Source: the human T2T-CHM13v2.0 reference genome, Homo sapiens. From it: 64,000 nucleotides of DNA. Under the pieces are notes generated by a model. The model made no database searches, was not told the DNA's origin, and was given only the letters and a program-made list of their open reading frames with translations. The stretch lies in the NCBI RefSeq assembly GCF_009914755.1, contig NC_060929.1; one strand, given 5' to 3'. Position 1 is the first letter of the stretch, and each line of letters starts with the position of its first letter. A program made the position numbers and the translations under genes. Shown here piece by piece: positions 20,049-39,928 of the stretch.

Positions 20049-20290
20049 GTGAGTAAAACAGTTTTCTTCAAACTGTATTCTTATCCAAGTACATATGTGA
20101 TAATTTACAGACTCTAGATTCTGTTAGCTAAAATAGTTCCTTTTTGTATTTCATGGGATGCTCCTTTTAAGAGAAAATGGCTGCTGGATGCCATTTCTTC
20201 TCATGTCTGCTCTGAATACATTTTGCTGTGTCCTGATTTAGCAACCTAGAGAAATGAGCATTGATCAGGAATTCTCCACCTGTTCCTTCA

Positions 20291-20482
<192 letters not shown>

Positions 20483-21079
20483 TTAGCCGGTAGTGGTGGC
20501 ACACGCCTGTAGCCCCAGCTACTTGGGAGGCTGAAGTGGGAGGATCACTTGTGCCTGGGAGGCAGAGGTTGCACTGGGAGACAGTACGCCACTGCACTCT
20601 AGCCTGGGCAACAAAGTGAAACCCTGTCTCAAAAAGAAAAAAAAAATCAGTAAAGGCTGGAGAGACCGTTTATTAGTATTTTCTATACTTATTACTTTTT
20701 CTTTTTTTTTAAAGAGATGGGGTCTTGGCATGTTGCCTAAGCTGGCCTCAAATACCTGGGCTCAAGCAATCCTTCCACCTCAGCCTCCTGAGTTGCTGGG
20801 ACTACAGGCACATGCCACTGTACCTGGCTTTATCAGATATTAAAATGAAAGGTGTCTTAGCACTTTGTACTTCTGCTTGATTTTGCTGTGAACCTAAAAC
20901 TGCTCTAAAAAAAAAAGTACATTTAAAAAATATGTAGAGAGCTTAACTGTTACCCTGAGTTCAGAATCTGCTGTAGAGACTTTTGCTATGTATGATCATT
21001 TCCTGGGTGACAATGTATGTTTCTGTGTTTTTCACTGAGGAAGCCAGGAGCCAAAATAATACTTATATTTCTTTTACAG

Positions 21080-21202
21080 GATCCTACATTTCTGGAAAAA
21101 AAAGAACGCTGTGATTACCTAAAGAATAAACTTTCTCACATAAAGCAAAGAATTCAAGAATATGATAAAGTAATGAATTGGGATGTACAAGGTTATTCTT
21201 AA
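21080..21202 (+). CDS. MARVELD2: MARVELD2 last coding exon ([40 protein letters not shown])
   Basis: Acceptor atttcttttacAG, occludin-like C-terminal motif [13 protein letters not shown] at 21200-21202. Exon sizes add up to the recalled 558-aa protein. Confidence 0.96.
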   Translation, partial: DPTFLEKKERCDYLKNKLSHIKQRIQEYDKVMNWDVQGYS

Positions 21203-23900
<2,698 letters not shown>

Positions 23901-23976
23901 CCGTAGGTCACGATGCTCAGGTGACTCACTGTTTCTCCTTCCCCCATTATTCGCAATAATTCAAAGTCCAGGCCAC

Positions 23977-24395
23977 TATATTAGTTTCCTAGGACTGCCA
24001 TGACAATGTACTACAAACTGAGTGGCTCAAAACAACTGAAGTGTGTTGTCTCACAGACCTGCAGCCTAGAAGTCTGGAAGCAGGGTGTCAGCTGGGACAT
24101 GCTCCCTCAAAAACCTGTAGGGGAGTCCTCTTCTAGTTTCTGGTGGTTTGCTGGCCATGTTTGATGTTCCTTGGCTTGTAGATGCATCTCTCCAATCCTC
24201 CATTCTCGCATGGCCTTCTCCCTGTCTGGCCATACCAGTCATATTGGATGAGAGGCCCACCTTCTCCAGCATGACCTCCTGTGAACTCATTACATTTGCT
24301 AGGACGCTATTTCCAAGTAAAGTCACGTTCTGAGGTACTGGAGGTTAGGAACTTCAGTGTTATCTTTTTGAGAGGCCACAGTTTAGCCTGTAATA
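23977..24395 (-). mobile_element. MLT1 (MaLR) solo LTR
   Basis: TATTAGTTTCCTAGGACTGCC...CAAACTGAGTGGCTCAAAACAAC...TTCTGAGGTACTGG matches the recalled reverse MLT1C/D. Confidence 0.8.
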
Positions 24396-25843
24396 GCTAC
24401 CTTTGGCAAGTTACAAGATTCAGAAGGAAAAGTACTTCCCTGTACATTTTCTTTCTTCCATATTATTTTTTCTTTTATTTTTTGTGATGGAGACTCACTC
24501 TGTCGCCCAGGCTGGAGTGCAGTAGTGTGATTGGCTCACTGCAACCTCTGCCTCCTGGGTTCAAGCTAGTCTCCTGCCTCAGCCTCCCAAGTAGCTGGGA
24601 TTACAGGCACTCACCACCACACCCAGCTAAATTCTATATTTTTAGTAGAGACAGGGTTTCATCTTATGTTGGCCAGGCTGTTCTCGAACTCCTGACCTCA
24701 AGTGATCTGCCCGCCTCGGCCTCCCAAAGCAATTCCCCTGCCTCAGCCTTCCAAAGTGCTGGGATTACAGGTGTGAACCACTGCACCCAGCCCTTCCATA
24801 TTATTTTAACATGTATTCTAATTTGAAAATTAATATGAGGATATGTCAGTATATCTAAAACTTGAAAAAAGTATATGCCAGTTATATGTCAAATGCTTTT
24901 ATTGTCCCAGATATGTTAGCATTAAAGATACTGAAATCAGTGAAACAGGTAGAGACTTTGGGGGTGGTAATGAAGTACATATTTCTAGAAATTGTTTCTG
25001 ATATTGAGATGCACCGACATTTGAAAGATACAACACAGGAAAAGTCTACAATTTTTTCTGACCATCTTTTTTTAACTATTATAATTTTTTAAAATAATGA
25101 GTATAAAAGCTTAGAAAACAAAAGTCCTACCAGTACCAATTCTATTCCCTGGCAGTATATACTGTTTGCAGTATACCCTCCCAGACCTTTGTGGTGTGTA
25201 TAATCACCTTTATTTATTTATTTATTTATTTTTACAAAAATGGCTTTAGACATTTTATTTTTGAGATGAAGTATTGCTCTGTCGCCCAGGCTGGAGTGCA
25301 GTGGCATGATCTTGGCTCACTGCAACCTCCCCCTCCTGGGTTCAAGTGACCCTCCCACCTCAGCCTCCTGAGCAATGAGGACTACAGACGCATACCACCA
25401 CGCCCAGCTAATTTATGTATTTTTAATAGAGATGTGATTTTGCTGTGTTGGCCAGGCTGATCTTGAACTCCTGACCTCAAGTGATCTGCCCACCTTGGCC
25501 TCCCAAAGTGCTGGGATTACAGGCATGAGCCACCACACCTGGCTGTAAAATCACTTTAAAATTGTCTACTTTAATGCTTTCAATGGGTTTCTTTTTTGGG
25601 ATTGTTGTTGTTGTTTTGATATGGAGTCTTGCTCTGTTGCCCAGGCTGGAGTGTAGTGGTGCTACCTACCTCCGCTCACCACAACCACCACCTCCTGGGT
25701 TCAAGCAATTCTCCTGCCTCCGCCTCCTGAGTAGCTGGGATTACAGGCGCACACCACCATGCCCAGCTAATTTTCGTATTTTTAGTAGAGACAGGGTTTC
25801 ACCATGCTGGCCAGGCTGGTCTTGAACCCCTGACCTCAAGTGA

Positions 25844-26014
<171 letters not shown>

Positions 26015-26818
26015 TAGCCCCGCAGAAGGCGAAGAAGGTGAACTTCTGAGCTCATCACAACCAAGACTCCATTTCTTACTATGTGGCCTTGACAAATTAA
26101 CATCTCCAACCATCAGCCTCCTTAACTGTGATGTGGCGATAATACCACCTGACGAAATTGTTGTGAAAATTAAATAATGTAAAACACCACGAAGATACTT
26201 GCTCAATAACTGGTGGCTAGATACTCAAAATATACTTTTCATTGTGTTAAATAATAAGGTGGCTATAGACTATCAAAATGACTTCTTTTGAATAATAAAA
26301 GTTATAAAAAGCTTTTTTAAAAAGTATATAGGTAATATATTTATTATAGAAAATTGATTAGGTCAGGGGTGGTGGCTCATGCCAGTAACCCCAGCCCTTT
26401 AGGAGGCTGATGTGGGTGGATCACTTGAAGCCAGGAGTTTGAGAACAGCCTGGCCAACATGGCAAAAACCCTTCTCTGCTGAAAATACAAAAATTAGCTG
26501 GGCGTGTTGTCGCACACTGTAGTCCCTGGAGGTAGTCCCGGGAGGCTGAGGCACGAGAACCGCTTGAACCTCAGAGGTGGAGGTTGCAGTGAGCTGAGAT
26601 CGTGCCACTGCACCCCAGCCTGGGCGACAGAGCAAGACTCTGTCTCAGAAAAAAAAAAAAAAAGTACAAAAATTAGCCTGGTGTGGTGGTGCACGCCTGT
26701 AATCTCAGCTACTCGAGAGGTTGAGGCATGAGAATTGCTTGACCCCAGGAGGTGGAGGTTGCAGTTAGCTGAGACCATGCCACTGCACTGCAGCCTGGGT
26801 GACAGAGTAAGACTCTGC

Positions 26819-27040
26819 AGAAGGAAGGGAAGGGAAGGGAGGGGAGGGGAGGGGAGGGGAGGGGGAAAGAGAAAGAAGAAAGAGAAAGAAGGAAGGAGAG
26901 AAAGAGAGAGGAAGGGAGGGAGGGAGGGAAAGAGAAAAGAAAGAGAAAGAAGAAAAGAAAGAAGAAAGAAAAAGAAGAAAAGAAGGAAGGAAGGGAAGAG
27001 AGAGAGAGAGAAAGGAAGGAAGGAAGGAAAGAAAGAAGAG
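26819..27040. repeat. Polypurine (GA/GGAA-rich) tract derived from an Alu tail
   Basis: About 220 bp of only A and G. Confidence 0.92.
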
Positions 27041-27160
27041 AGGCCAGGTGCGGTGACTCACGCCTGTAATCCCAGTACTTTGGGAGGCTGAGGCAGGCGG
27101 ATCAAGAGGTCAGGAGATCGAGACTGTTCTGGCTAACATGGTGAAACCGCGTCTCCACTA

Positions 27161-27346
<186 letters not shown>

Positions 27347-27511
27347 TTATTTTGAAACTCCAACCTCTGATGATAGAATTCAGAATAGGGGTTACCTGTG
27401 AGAGAGGTTTATTGGCTGGGAAGGAGCATGAGGGAGCTTTCTGGGTACTATACCTTCATCTGGTTCGTTGCTTACCAGGATATATACATATTTAAAAATC
27501 CATCAAGCTAA

Positions 27512-27898
<387 letters not shown>

Positions 27899-27901
27899 TG
27901 A

Positions 27902-28375
<474 letters not shown>

Positions 28376-28891
28376 TAACAATTATACTGTATACATGTTT
28401 GAACAAAAGTATGTTCACAGTTTTTTTTTAAGTAATGTTGTTGTTGTTGTTGTTGTTGTTTTGAGACACTGTCTCACTCCCTCGCCTGGGCTGGAGTGCA
28501 GTAGTGTGATCTCGGCCCACTGCAACCTCTGCCTCCTGCGTTCAAGTGATTCTCCTGCCTCAGCCTCCTGAGTAGCTGAGATTACAGGTGTGAGCCACCA
28601 CACCTGGATAATTTTTGTATTTTTAGTAGAGATGAGGTTTCACCATGTTGGCCAGGCTGTTGTCGAACTCCTGACCTCAGGTCATCCACTCACCTCAGCC
28701 TCCCAAAGTGCTGGGATTACAGGCGTGAGCCACCGCGCCTGGCCAAAAAAATGTAAATTTAAGAATACAATGCTTTCATAAATTGGGAACTGCCTGTAGT
28801 GTTCTAGTGATCTTTGGAAAACATTTACAAAGTTCTGGAGAAACAAAAATCTTACAACTATTGGCTTCATGAGCCATATTTGAAACCCAAG

Positions 28892-28893
<2 letters not shown>

Positions 28894-28932
<39 letters not shown>
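28894..28932. repeat. (TG)n microsatellite
   Basis: Read directly, about 19 units. Confidence 0.95.
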
Positions 28933-28935
<3 letters not shown>

Positions 28936-29526
28936 ACTTGAAGCCAAACCCCACATCTAAGATGGTAGATATAACCATTTCGTCCCCTTTTCCCCTATGA
29001 GTGGTTCTAAAACAAAAAGTCTGCAAGTGAATGGGCCTGATTTATACCTGTTTAAATGCTTTTATTCAACATAATTGCATTCATGCCTATGAATTCCCTT
29101 TGTGTATAGGGCAGGAGGCTGAAGGATGTATGACACGTGGGGAAAATGCTGTTAGTTAATGTGTGAACAATAGTAGCCCTTCCCAATTTAAATCTTGTTT
29201 GTGACCAGTAAGCCTGCCAGTGTTAATATTCAAGGGTACTCTGCGGATTGCTATTGCTGAAGGGCAAAGCCAAGTTAAAAGACAAAGTTACTCAGAACTA
29301 GCTTCCCAAGTATTTGGAAGGTGCCTGCCATGTGATATAGCTGCCCAGATGCAGCAATGTGGTGAAAACAGTCGGCCACTGTTCTTAGAGTTTATAGTGA
29401 TATCCAGGATTTTCTTAGAAACCCTCAGGGTTGGCCGGGCGCGGTGGCTCACGCCTGCAATCCGAGCACTTTGGGAGGCCGAGGTGGGCAGATCACAAGG
29501 TCAGCAGATCGAGACCATCCTGGCTA

Positions 29527-29754
<228 letters not shown>

Positions 29755-30425
29755 TCAGGGCTAAGGGTTTGAAATTAGAGAATATGAGAGATTACATACT
29801 GTAAGAACAACATTATGGTAGGTGTTTGATGTCAATGTGCCAAATGTCCATGAGTAACTCATGAGTCAATTTCAGAGAGTCACTGTTTCCCTACAGTTCC
29901 TTGATTTCTGCCTATTCTCAAGAGGAGAAATTGGTACTGAATGACTGTACTGTAGAAATTCCTCTTCCTCTTTGTGACATTCCCACCAGCAATGCATGCG
30001 GGTTTCAATTTCTCCACATCCTTGCCAACACTTGTTATTTTCTCTTTCTCTCTTTTAATAAATAGCCATACTGCCAGGCACAGTGGCTCACACCTGTAAT
30101 CCCAACACTTTGGGAGGCCGAGGTACGCGGATCACTTGAGGTCAGGAGTTTGACACCAGCCTGGCCAACACGGTGAAACCTCGTCTCTACTAAAAATACT
30201 AAATTAGCTGGGCATGGTGGTGCATGCCTGTAATCCCAGCTACTCAGGAGGCTGAGGCAGGAGAATCACTTGAACCTGGGAGGCAAAGGTTGCAGTGAGC
30301 CTAGATTGCGCCACAGCACTTCAGCCTGGGCGACAGAGCAAGACTGTCTCAATAAATAAATAAATAAATAGCCATCCTAATAGATGTGAAGTGGTATCTC
30401 ATTATGGTTTGAATTTCCTTAATGA

Positions 30426-30710
<285 letters not shown>

Positions 30711-31321
30711 TAGCCAGGATGGTCTCGATCTCCTGACCTCGTGATCCACCCGCCTCGGCCTCCCAAAGTGCTGTGATTTATAGGCGTGAGCCACCATGCC
30801 CGGCTGGTCATTGCCCATTTTTAAATTGGGTTGTGGTCGTTTTGTTGTTCAGTTGTAGGAGTTCTTTATATATTTTGAATTTGATTTAGTTTTGAACTTG
30901 GCTAAATCCATCTGTTTGTTCATCAGAAGAGTTGTAAAAATATATGCCAGAAAATAATCTCAGCTAAATTATCTTTGGATACAAAAATAATATAATCTGA
31001 TAGGGGGCTTAATGATGGTGGAGTTTAGGTCAACAGATGTTACTGTTGGACTGCTGGTTGGGCTGGCCAGATAAGTATAGTAGGTCACAAAAAAATTAAA
31101 AGTATAGAAGTCAAGCAACAAGGCCAAGACTCCTTTGAGACCTGCAGCTGTGTTTTCTGGGTACCCAGTACCCAAGCCTTGTGCTTGGTACTTGTCCTCT
31201 GTACTCCAAACCTGGGTGTCCATAAATTGGGTAGAAAATGGCAGAAACAGCTGGGCGCAGTGGCTCATGCCTGTAATCCCAGCACTTTGGGAGGCCGAGG
31301 TGGATGGATCACCTGAAGTCA

Positions 31322-31723
<402 letters not shown>

Positions 31724-32602
31724 TCATTCACAGATCCTCTAGGTCAAAAGATTCTGAAGAAAATAGAACACATACTTGGTGAAACTGTTGTGGGACATGT
31801 GAATGAAATTAGGAATATATGATGGGAGAGCTCATTCAGAGAACTGGGAGAATGGGGATTCAGGTATAAATATTGAGTAAGAAAATAGGAAAGTAGTTAT
31901 CAGAAACAAATACTTGGGACAACGGTATTAAAATTATTATAAAACAAACCTCCTGATTATACTTTCCATCTCCAGAGCTGGTTTCGGTATCACTATTTTA
32001 CAGGAATATTACACCTGGCAGAGTTAAGAGGCAATCTAAATATTTACTTTCATGCTGCAACCTTTGCCCTGTTTGCAGTCTAGTTTCCCTGAGCTTTTAG
32101 AAGATAAGATACAAGCATTTGAATTTTGAGATAGTTTCATAAATATCGCAAATAACTGAAGCACCATGCTAACAAAACCTGACCTTTTCAAAACAGCAAC
32201 ACAAAGATTGGTTATATCTAATGTTATAGAAAATTATTTTTATCTAGTTATCTCATTATAATAATTCAACATATATTCCGAATAAGAGGAAGGAAAACTA
32301 CTTAAAATTTTACCAAAATAAATCAGTTAATAAGCCTTTTAGCTTTTTTTCTTTTTCTTTCTTTCCTTGTTTTTGTTTGTTTGTTTTTGTTTGTGGCTAT
32401 TTCAACTCCAGATAAGCCCTTTAAATAAAATAATAAACACTTTCGGAGGCTGAGGTGGGAGGATCACTTGAGCCTAGAAGTTTGAGACTAGCCTGGGCAA
32501 CATGGCAAGACCCATCTCTAAAAAAAAAAAAATCATTAAGGCCGGGCCTGGTGGCTCACACCTGTAATCCCAGCACTTTGGGAGGCTGAGGCGGGTGGAT
32601 CA

Positions 32603-33318
<716 letters not shown>

Positions 33319-33606
33319 TAAAGACACCGTCTCCCTATGTCAGCCAGACTGGTCTTGAACTCCTGGGCTCAAGTAACCCCCTGCCTCTGCCTTCCAAAGT
33401 GTTGGGATTATAGGTGTGAGTCACTGTGCCTAGCCCCTTCCTTTTTTTTTTTTTTTTTTAACAATTTTTAAAAGCTGTGGAAAGCTAAGACCAGTGCCCA
33501 ATAATAAAAGGAAGATGTGGCTTTAATCTCTTAATATAACTTTGAGGCATGACCAGAGAAGTTGGAAGTGCTAGATTCGGTCTATAATTTTTATTTATTT
33601 GTTTGT

Positions 33607-33645
<39 letters not shown>

Positions 33646-34604
33646 TTTTTGAGACGGAGTCTCACTCTGTCGCCCAGGCTGGGGTGCAGTGGCGCGACCT
33701 CGGCTCACTGCAAGCTCCGCCTCCTGGGTTCACGCCATTCTCCTGCCTCAGCCTCTTGAGTAGGTGGGACTACAGGCGCCCGCCACTACGCCCGGCTAAT
33801 TTTTTGCATTTTAAGTAGAGATGGGCTTTCACCGTGTTAGCCAGGATGGTCAGTCTATTATTATTTTTAATCCCGGAAGAAGGAAGAGGGAAGAGTCCGT
33901 GGCTCTGATTTTCATCTCTGAATTTCCAAGGACATAACCTAACAAATTCAGCCACCATGCTCTTCCTTCTGTCGTGAAATCTGTTTTATTTTCAACTGGC
34001 TTGTGGCAGCTGACTCTGCCTCCTCTCTTCCAGGCTCTGAGATGCCCCTTTTCCCGGAATGACTGTCTTAATCCCATCCAAATATTCAAAGAGGAGGGTG
34101 GAGAGGTCTCAGAGAAGCTAATTTTTCGCTTAAATTGAAAAACTGGGGTGGGGTTGGAGCTATTGTTCTTCCTGAAGCTTGCTTCTGCTAGACTTTGGAA
34201 TTGTCCTCCCAGTGAAAAGGTTTTAAGTTGTAAAAGCCAGCTCAGCAGAGCCCCACCCACATGAATAAAACATTCGTGCAGAAACATAGACTCTTGGTTT
34301 CTTCGCAGTCAGAAACCTATGCATGTACTTCACTCTCCCCAGCATCCAATTCATGACCAGGTTCTTTCTTCCTAAACAGCTCTCAAACACTTACCTCCAG
34401 GATGCCTTCCATTCATTTTTTTTCAACAAATTTGTTGCCCATCTGCTATATGTCAGGCACTGTGCTAGCTATTGGGAACACAGCAGCAAGCCAAACCTAG
34501 TGAAAAAGCCAGGGGAGTTTATCATCTGGCTAACCCCTCCCCAATCAAACCAAACCAAACCAGCTGGGCCAACCCGCACAGCACTCCTCACTGCTCGCTG
34601 TTAA

Positions 34605-34793
<189 letters not shown>

Positions 34794-37700
34794 TGAGACA
34801 GGGTCTCACTGTGTTGTCCAGGCTGGTCTTGAACTCCTGGGCTCAAGTGATCCACCTGCCTCAGCCTCCCGAAGTGCTAGGATTACAAGCGTGAGCCACC
34901 GTGCCTGGCCTCAAATGGCTTTTAAACATAAGAAAATGTGCTCAGCCTCACTCATATAAAGTAAAATGCAAGTTAAAATTATACCAAGGCCAGGGACAGT
35001 GGCTCATGCCTATAATCCCAGCACTTTGAAAGGCTGAAGTGGGAGGATTGCTTGAGGCCAGGAGTTAGAGAGCAGCCTGGGCAACAAAGCAAGACCTTAT
35101 CTCTACAAAAATTGAAAAAAATTTTTAAATTAGCCAGGCATGGTGGCATGTGCCTGTAGTCCCAACTATTCAGGAGGCTGAGGTGGGAGGATCGCTTGAG
35201 CCCAAGGAGGTCAAGGCTGCAGCTAGCTGTGATTACACCACTGCACTCCAGCCTGGGCAACAGAGCGAGACCCTGTCTCAAAAAAAAAAAAAAAAAACAA
35301 AGTCTTGCTCTGTCGCCCAGACTGGAGTGCAGTGGTGCAATCACAGCTCGCTGCAGCCTTGACCTCCTTGGGCTCAAGTGATCCTCCGGCTTTGCCCTCC
35401 CAAAGTGCTAGGATTACAGCCATGAGCCATCATGTCTATATTATATATAATGACCACGTTTTCTTTCTGGCTACATTGTATATAGAGAGCACATATTCTT
35501 CATCCTTTCATCCACCGATGGACACTTGGGTTACTTTCACTTTAGCTATTGTGAGTAATGCTGCTATGAACATGGGTGTACAAATATCTTTTGGAGTCCC
35601 TGTTTTCATATATATTTTTTTTGAGACGGAATTTCATTCTTGTTGCCCAGGCTGGAGTGCAATGGCGCAATCTCGGCTCGCTTAAGTCGTTTGGAAGTCA
35701 TTCAATATCACCATATCTAGATCAATGTTGTTTTTGAAATTGTTGGATATTTCAGGGATAATTATGGTTTATATAACCAATTGCTTCCTGTTGGATATTT
35801 AAGATTTTTTTTGCTATTAACAAATAATGCTTATATCTATATTTTTGAACACTTGTACAAGTATAAATGCATGGTAAATTCCTAGAGGTAAAATTACTGA
35901 GTCAAGAGTTTTACATGTTTTGTGAATTTTGATAGATATTGTAAAGTTGTTCTTCAAAGAACTTTCATTTATTGTTTTCCCACATTTAGCCAACATTAGG
36001 TATTACGAAACTTTTTTATATTGGCCAAAACTCACAGGCAAAAGAAAAAGAAAAAAGTCTCATTGTTTTAGCTTGGTATTTATTTGCTTGTGGTTGAGGT
36101 TAAATATAGTAGAAATGAAAAACCCAGTACTATAGAAGATAGAGTTGAAGAAATATTCCAGAAAGTACAATAAAAGGAGTAAAATAAAGAGGTTCAAATA
36201 GGAGAGTAAAGATAAGAATACTGGTGGATTTATCCAGAAGGTCTAATATGAGAATGATATGAGAAAAAAAGAAAACATAGGATAAAAAAATCATCAAAGA
36301 CATAGTTCAAAGAAATTTTCTATTGAAGGACAGAACTATCTAGATTGAAAGGGCCTGTTGGCTGGGAAGGGTGGCTCGTAGCTCTAATCCTTGCACTTTG
36401 GGAGGCTGAGACTGGGGGATCACTTGAGGCCAGGAGTTCCAGGCCAGCCTGGGTCACACAGCAAGACCTCATCTCTGCAACGAAGATAAAAGAAAGGGAC
36501 TGCCAAGTGCCTAACGTATTGAAGGAAGGCAGACCCCATAATTGTGAAATTTCAGAATACACAATAAACCATTAACCCTAAACATTTCCAGAGAGGAAAA
36601 ACTAGGTCACACACAAAGGATCTGGAATTAAAATTGTTTGGCTTCTCATTAGCAACACCGGATGCAGAGAGGGAGCAGTCACCTTCAAAGTTTGTAGTGA
36701 AAATTGTTACCAACTTAGATACCCAGCCAAACTATCAGTTAAGTGTAGGTAGAATAAAGACATTTTCAGACTTGTAAGGTCTCAAAAAGAGATTTTTCTG
36801 GGGAAGGTCTGGAAGAGGTAGGTGATTCAAAGGAACTGAGAAGGAGAATGACATGGGATCTAGTAATATGTATCTAATTCAAAACAGGCTGAAGAACGGC
36901 CTAGGATGATGGTAAGGAGAAATTCCAGAATGATACCTGTGTGTCACATATGGGGAACCGTCCAGTTTGGAGACAGTCAGGATGCTCCAGGAGAGAGATC
37001 ACCAAGGGGATGAAAACTGCAGAACTCCTGATGTATTTGAACATATCGAGAGGACAGTTAGACTATTCTGGAGAAGACTGGGCCTGAATTAGTGTCAATT
37101 ATATAGGAAACTAACCTTGGGAATAGCAACACAGTATTTCCAGGAAAAAAAAAAATGTTTTAAATAGGGGAAAACTTATGGCTTAGCTGAGAATATTTTT
37201 ATAGGCATAGTAAACTAAACATTGATTATCGTTCTATTCAAAAGGAAGACTTAACATGTAGAAAGAATTGAGAATGACATTAGTTACATATTTATGCATT
37301 ACTGGGTTCAAGATGATTGAAAGATAATTAAATTCTCTTCTTTCATAGTTGGAGGTTCATAGCCAATAACTGTGAAGAACCACGAAGTAGCACTTATTAG
37401 AATATGTGACTATCAAACAAAAGTTTTGAAAGTGCTTCTGGCTGGGCATGGTGGCTCGTGCCTGTAATCCTAACAATTTGGGAAGCCAAGATGGGAGGAT
37501 TGCTTGAGCCCAGGCGTTTGAGACCAGCCTGGGCAATATAGCGAGACCCTGCCTCAATAAAAAATTAGCCAGGCATGGGGATTCATGTCTGTAGTCCCAG
37601 CTACTTAGGAGGCTGAGGCAGGAGGATCACTTGAGCCCCGGAGTTTAAGGCTGTAGTGAGCCGTGATAGCACCTCTGCACTCCAGCCTTTGAGCCAAAGC

Positions 37701-38099
37701 AAGACTCTGACGTGAAAAAAAAGAAAAATAAAGCATGCTCACATTTAACCTTAATGAAAATAAAAACTAATGATGATGTTGTATATACTGTGGAATTTTT
37801 TTTTTTTTTTTTTTTGAGACGGAGTTTCGCTCCTGTCGCTCAGTGTGGAGTGCAATGACACCATCTCGGCTCACTGCAACCTCCGTGTCCTGGGTTCAAG
37901 CAATTCTCCTGCCTCAGCCTCCCAAGTAGCTTGGATTACAGGCACCTGCCACCACACCCAACTAATTTTGTATTTTTAGTAGAGATGGGGTTTCACCATG
38001 TTGGTCAGGCTGGTCTCGAACTCCTGACCTCAGGTGATCCGCCCGCCTCAGACTCCCAAAGTGCTGGGATTACAGGTGTGAGCCACCGCGCCCATAGCC

Positions 38100-39375
38100 T
38101 GCTTTCACTTCTTTTGGGTACAAACCCAGAAGTGGAATTGCTGATATATGGTAATTCTATGTTTAATTTTTTGAGGAGTCAATATACTTTTTTCCACAGT
38201 GGCTACATCACTGTATATTCCTATCGGCAATGCAGGAGGGTTCCAATTTTTCCACATCCTCACCAATACTTATTTTCTGTTTTTGTTTATTTGTTTATTT
38301 AATAGCAGCTATCCTAATAGGTGTGAAATTGTATCTCATTGTGGTTTTGATCTGCATTCTCCAGTGATTAATAATGTTGAGCATCTTTTCATCCACTTAC
38401 TGGCCATTGTATATCTTCTTTGGAGAAATGTCTACTCAAGTCCTTTGTCTATTTTTGAATTGGGTTGTTTGCTTTTTTGTTGAGTTGCAGGAGTTCTTTA
38501 TGTATTGTGGATAAGCACTGCTTATTAGATATACAATTCACAAATATTTTCTCCCATTCTGTGGGTTGCTTTTTCACTGTTGATAGTGCCCTCTGATGCA
38601 CAAAATTTTTAATTTTGATATGGTCCGAATTACCTATTTTTCCCTTTGTTGGCTGTCCTTTGGTATCATATCCATGAAATCATTGCCAAACCCAACGTCA
38701 CGAAGCCTTTCTCTGTTTCCTTCTAAGAATTGTATACTTCTAGCTCTTACATTTAGGTGTTTGATCTATTTTGAGTTAATTTTTGTATATGGCGTGTGTT
38801 AGGGTTCTCCAGAGAAACAGAAGCAATAGGATATTCATAGACAAATAAGAGGGGATCTATTATGGCAGTTGGCTCATGCAAATATAGAGGTCATGAAGTC
38901 CCAGAGTGTGGTGTCTGTGGGCTGGAGCTGGAGAACCAGGAAAGCCAGTGGTATAATTCAATCTGAGTCTGAAGGCCTGAGAACCTGGAGCTTTAATGTC
39001 CAAAGGCAGGAGAAGATGGATATTCCAGTTCCAGAAAAGAGAGCAAGTTTGCCCTTCCTCTGCCTTTGTGTTCTATCCAGGTCCTCAACGACGGGAAGAT
39101 GCTCATTCACACAGGTGAGGGTGATCTCTACTCAGTTTGATTCAAATGCTAATCTCTTCTAGAAACACCCTCACAGATGCATCCAGACATGATGCCAGCT
39201 ATCTGGGCATCCCTATGTCCAGTCAAGTTTAACACATAAAATTAACCACCATATGGTGTAAGTAAGGTAAGGGTCCAATTTTATTTTCTTGCATGTGGAT
39301 ATCCAATATTCCCAACATCATTTGTTGAAAAAAAACTGTCCTTTCTCCATTGAATGGTACCCTTGTTGAAAATAG
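38100..39375 (-). mobile_element. Old L1 ORF2 fragment, interrupted by MLT2
   Basis: GTGGTTTTGATCTGCATTCTCC, TTGGAGAAATGTCTA, TTGAGTTAATTTTTGTATATGG and ATCCAATATTCCCAACATCATTTGTTGAA are antisense L1 motifs. Confidence 0.82.
38795..39253 (-). mobile_element. MLT2 (HERV-L) solo LTR
   Basis: TGTGTTAGGGTTCTCCAGAGAAACAGAA...CCAGTCAAGTTTAACACATAAAATTAACCACCATA; 5-bp TSD TGGCG/TGGTG. Confidence 0.85.
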
Positions 39376-39589
39376 CTATATATTTCTAGCAAAACAATAA
39401 ACATGTTCTCAATGTCATATCACAATATGATACCATGATGTACACTAGGGATACAATTGATAGGCTTTTACCCATAAACAAATTGGGGTGGATATGTTGC
39501 TGGATACAAAATATACAATCACTTGGTATTTACTTGATAAAAAGAATATGAGCTTGTCCACATGGTTTTATATTGTACAAAGTGCCTTA

Positions 39590-39928
<339 letters not shown>

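Noticed and set aside
26735-27091. Lys/Arg/Glu-rich 118-aa ORF
   Set aside because: Translation of a polypurine Alu tail.
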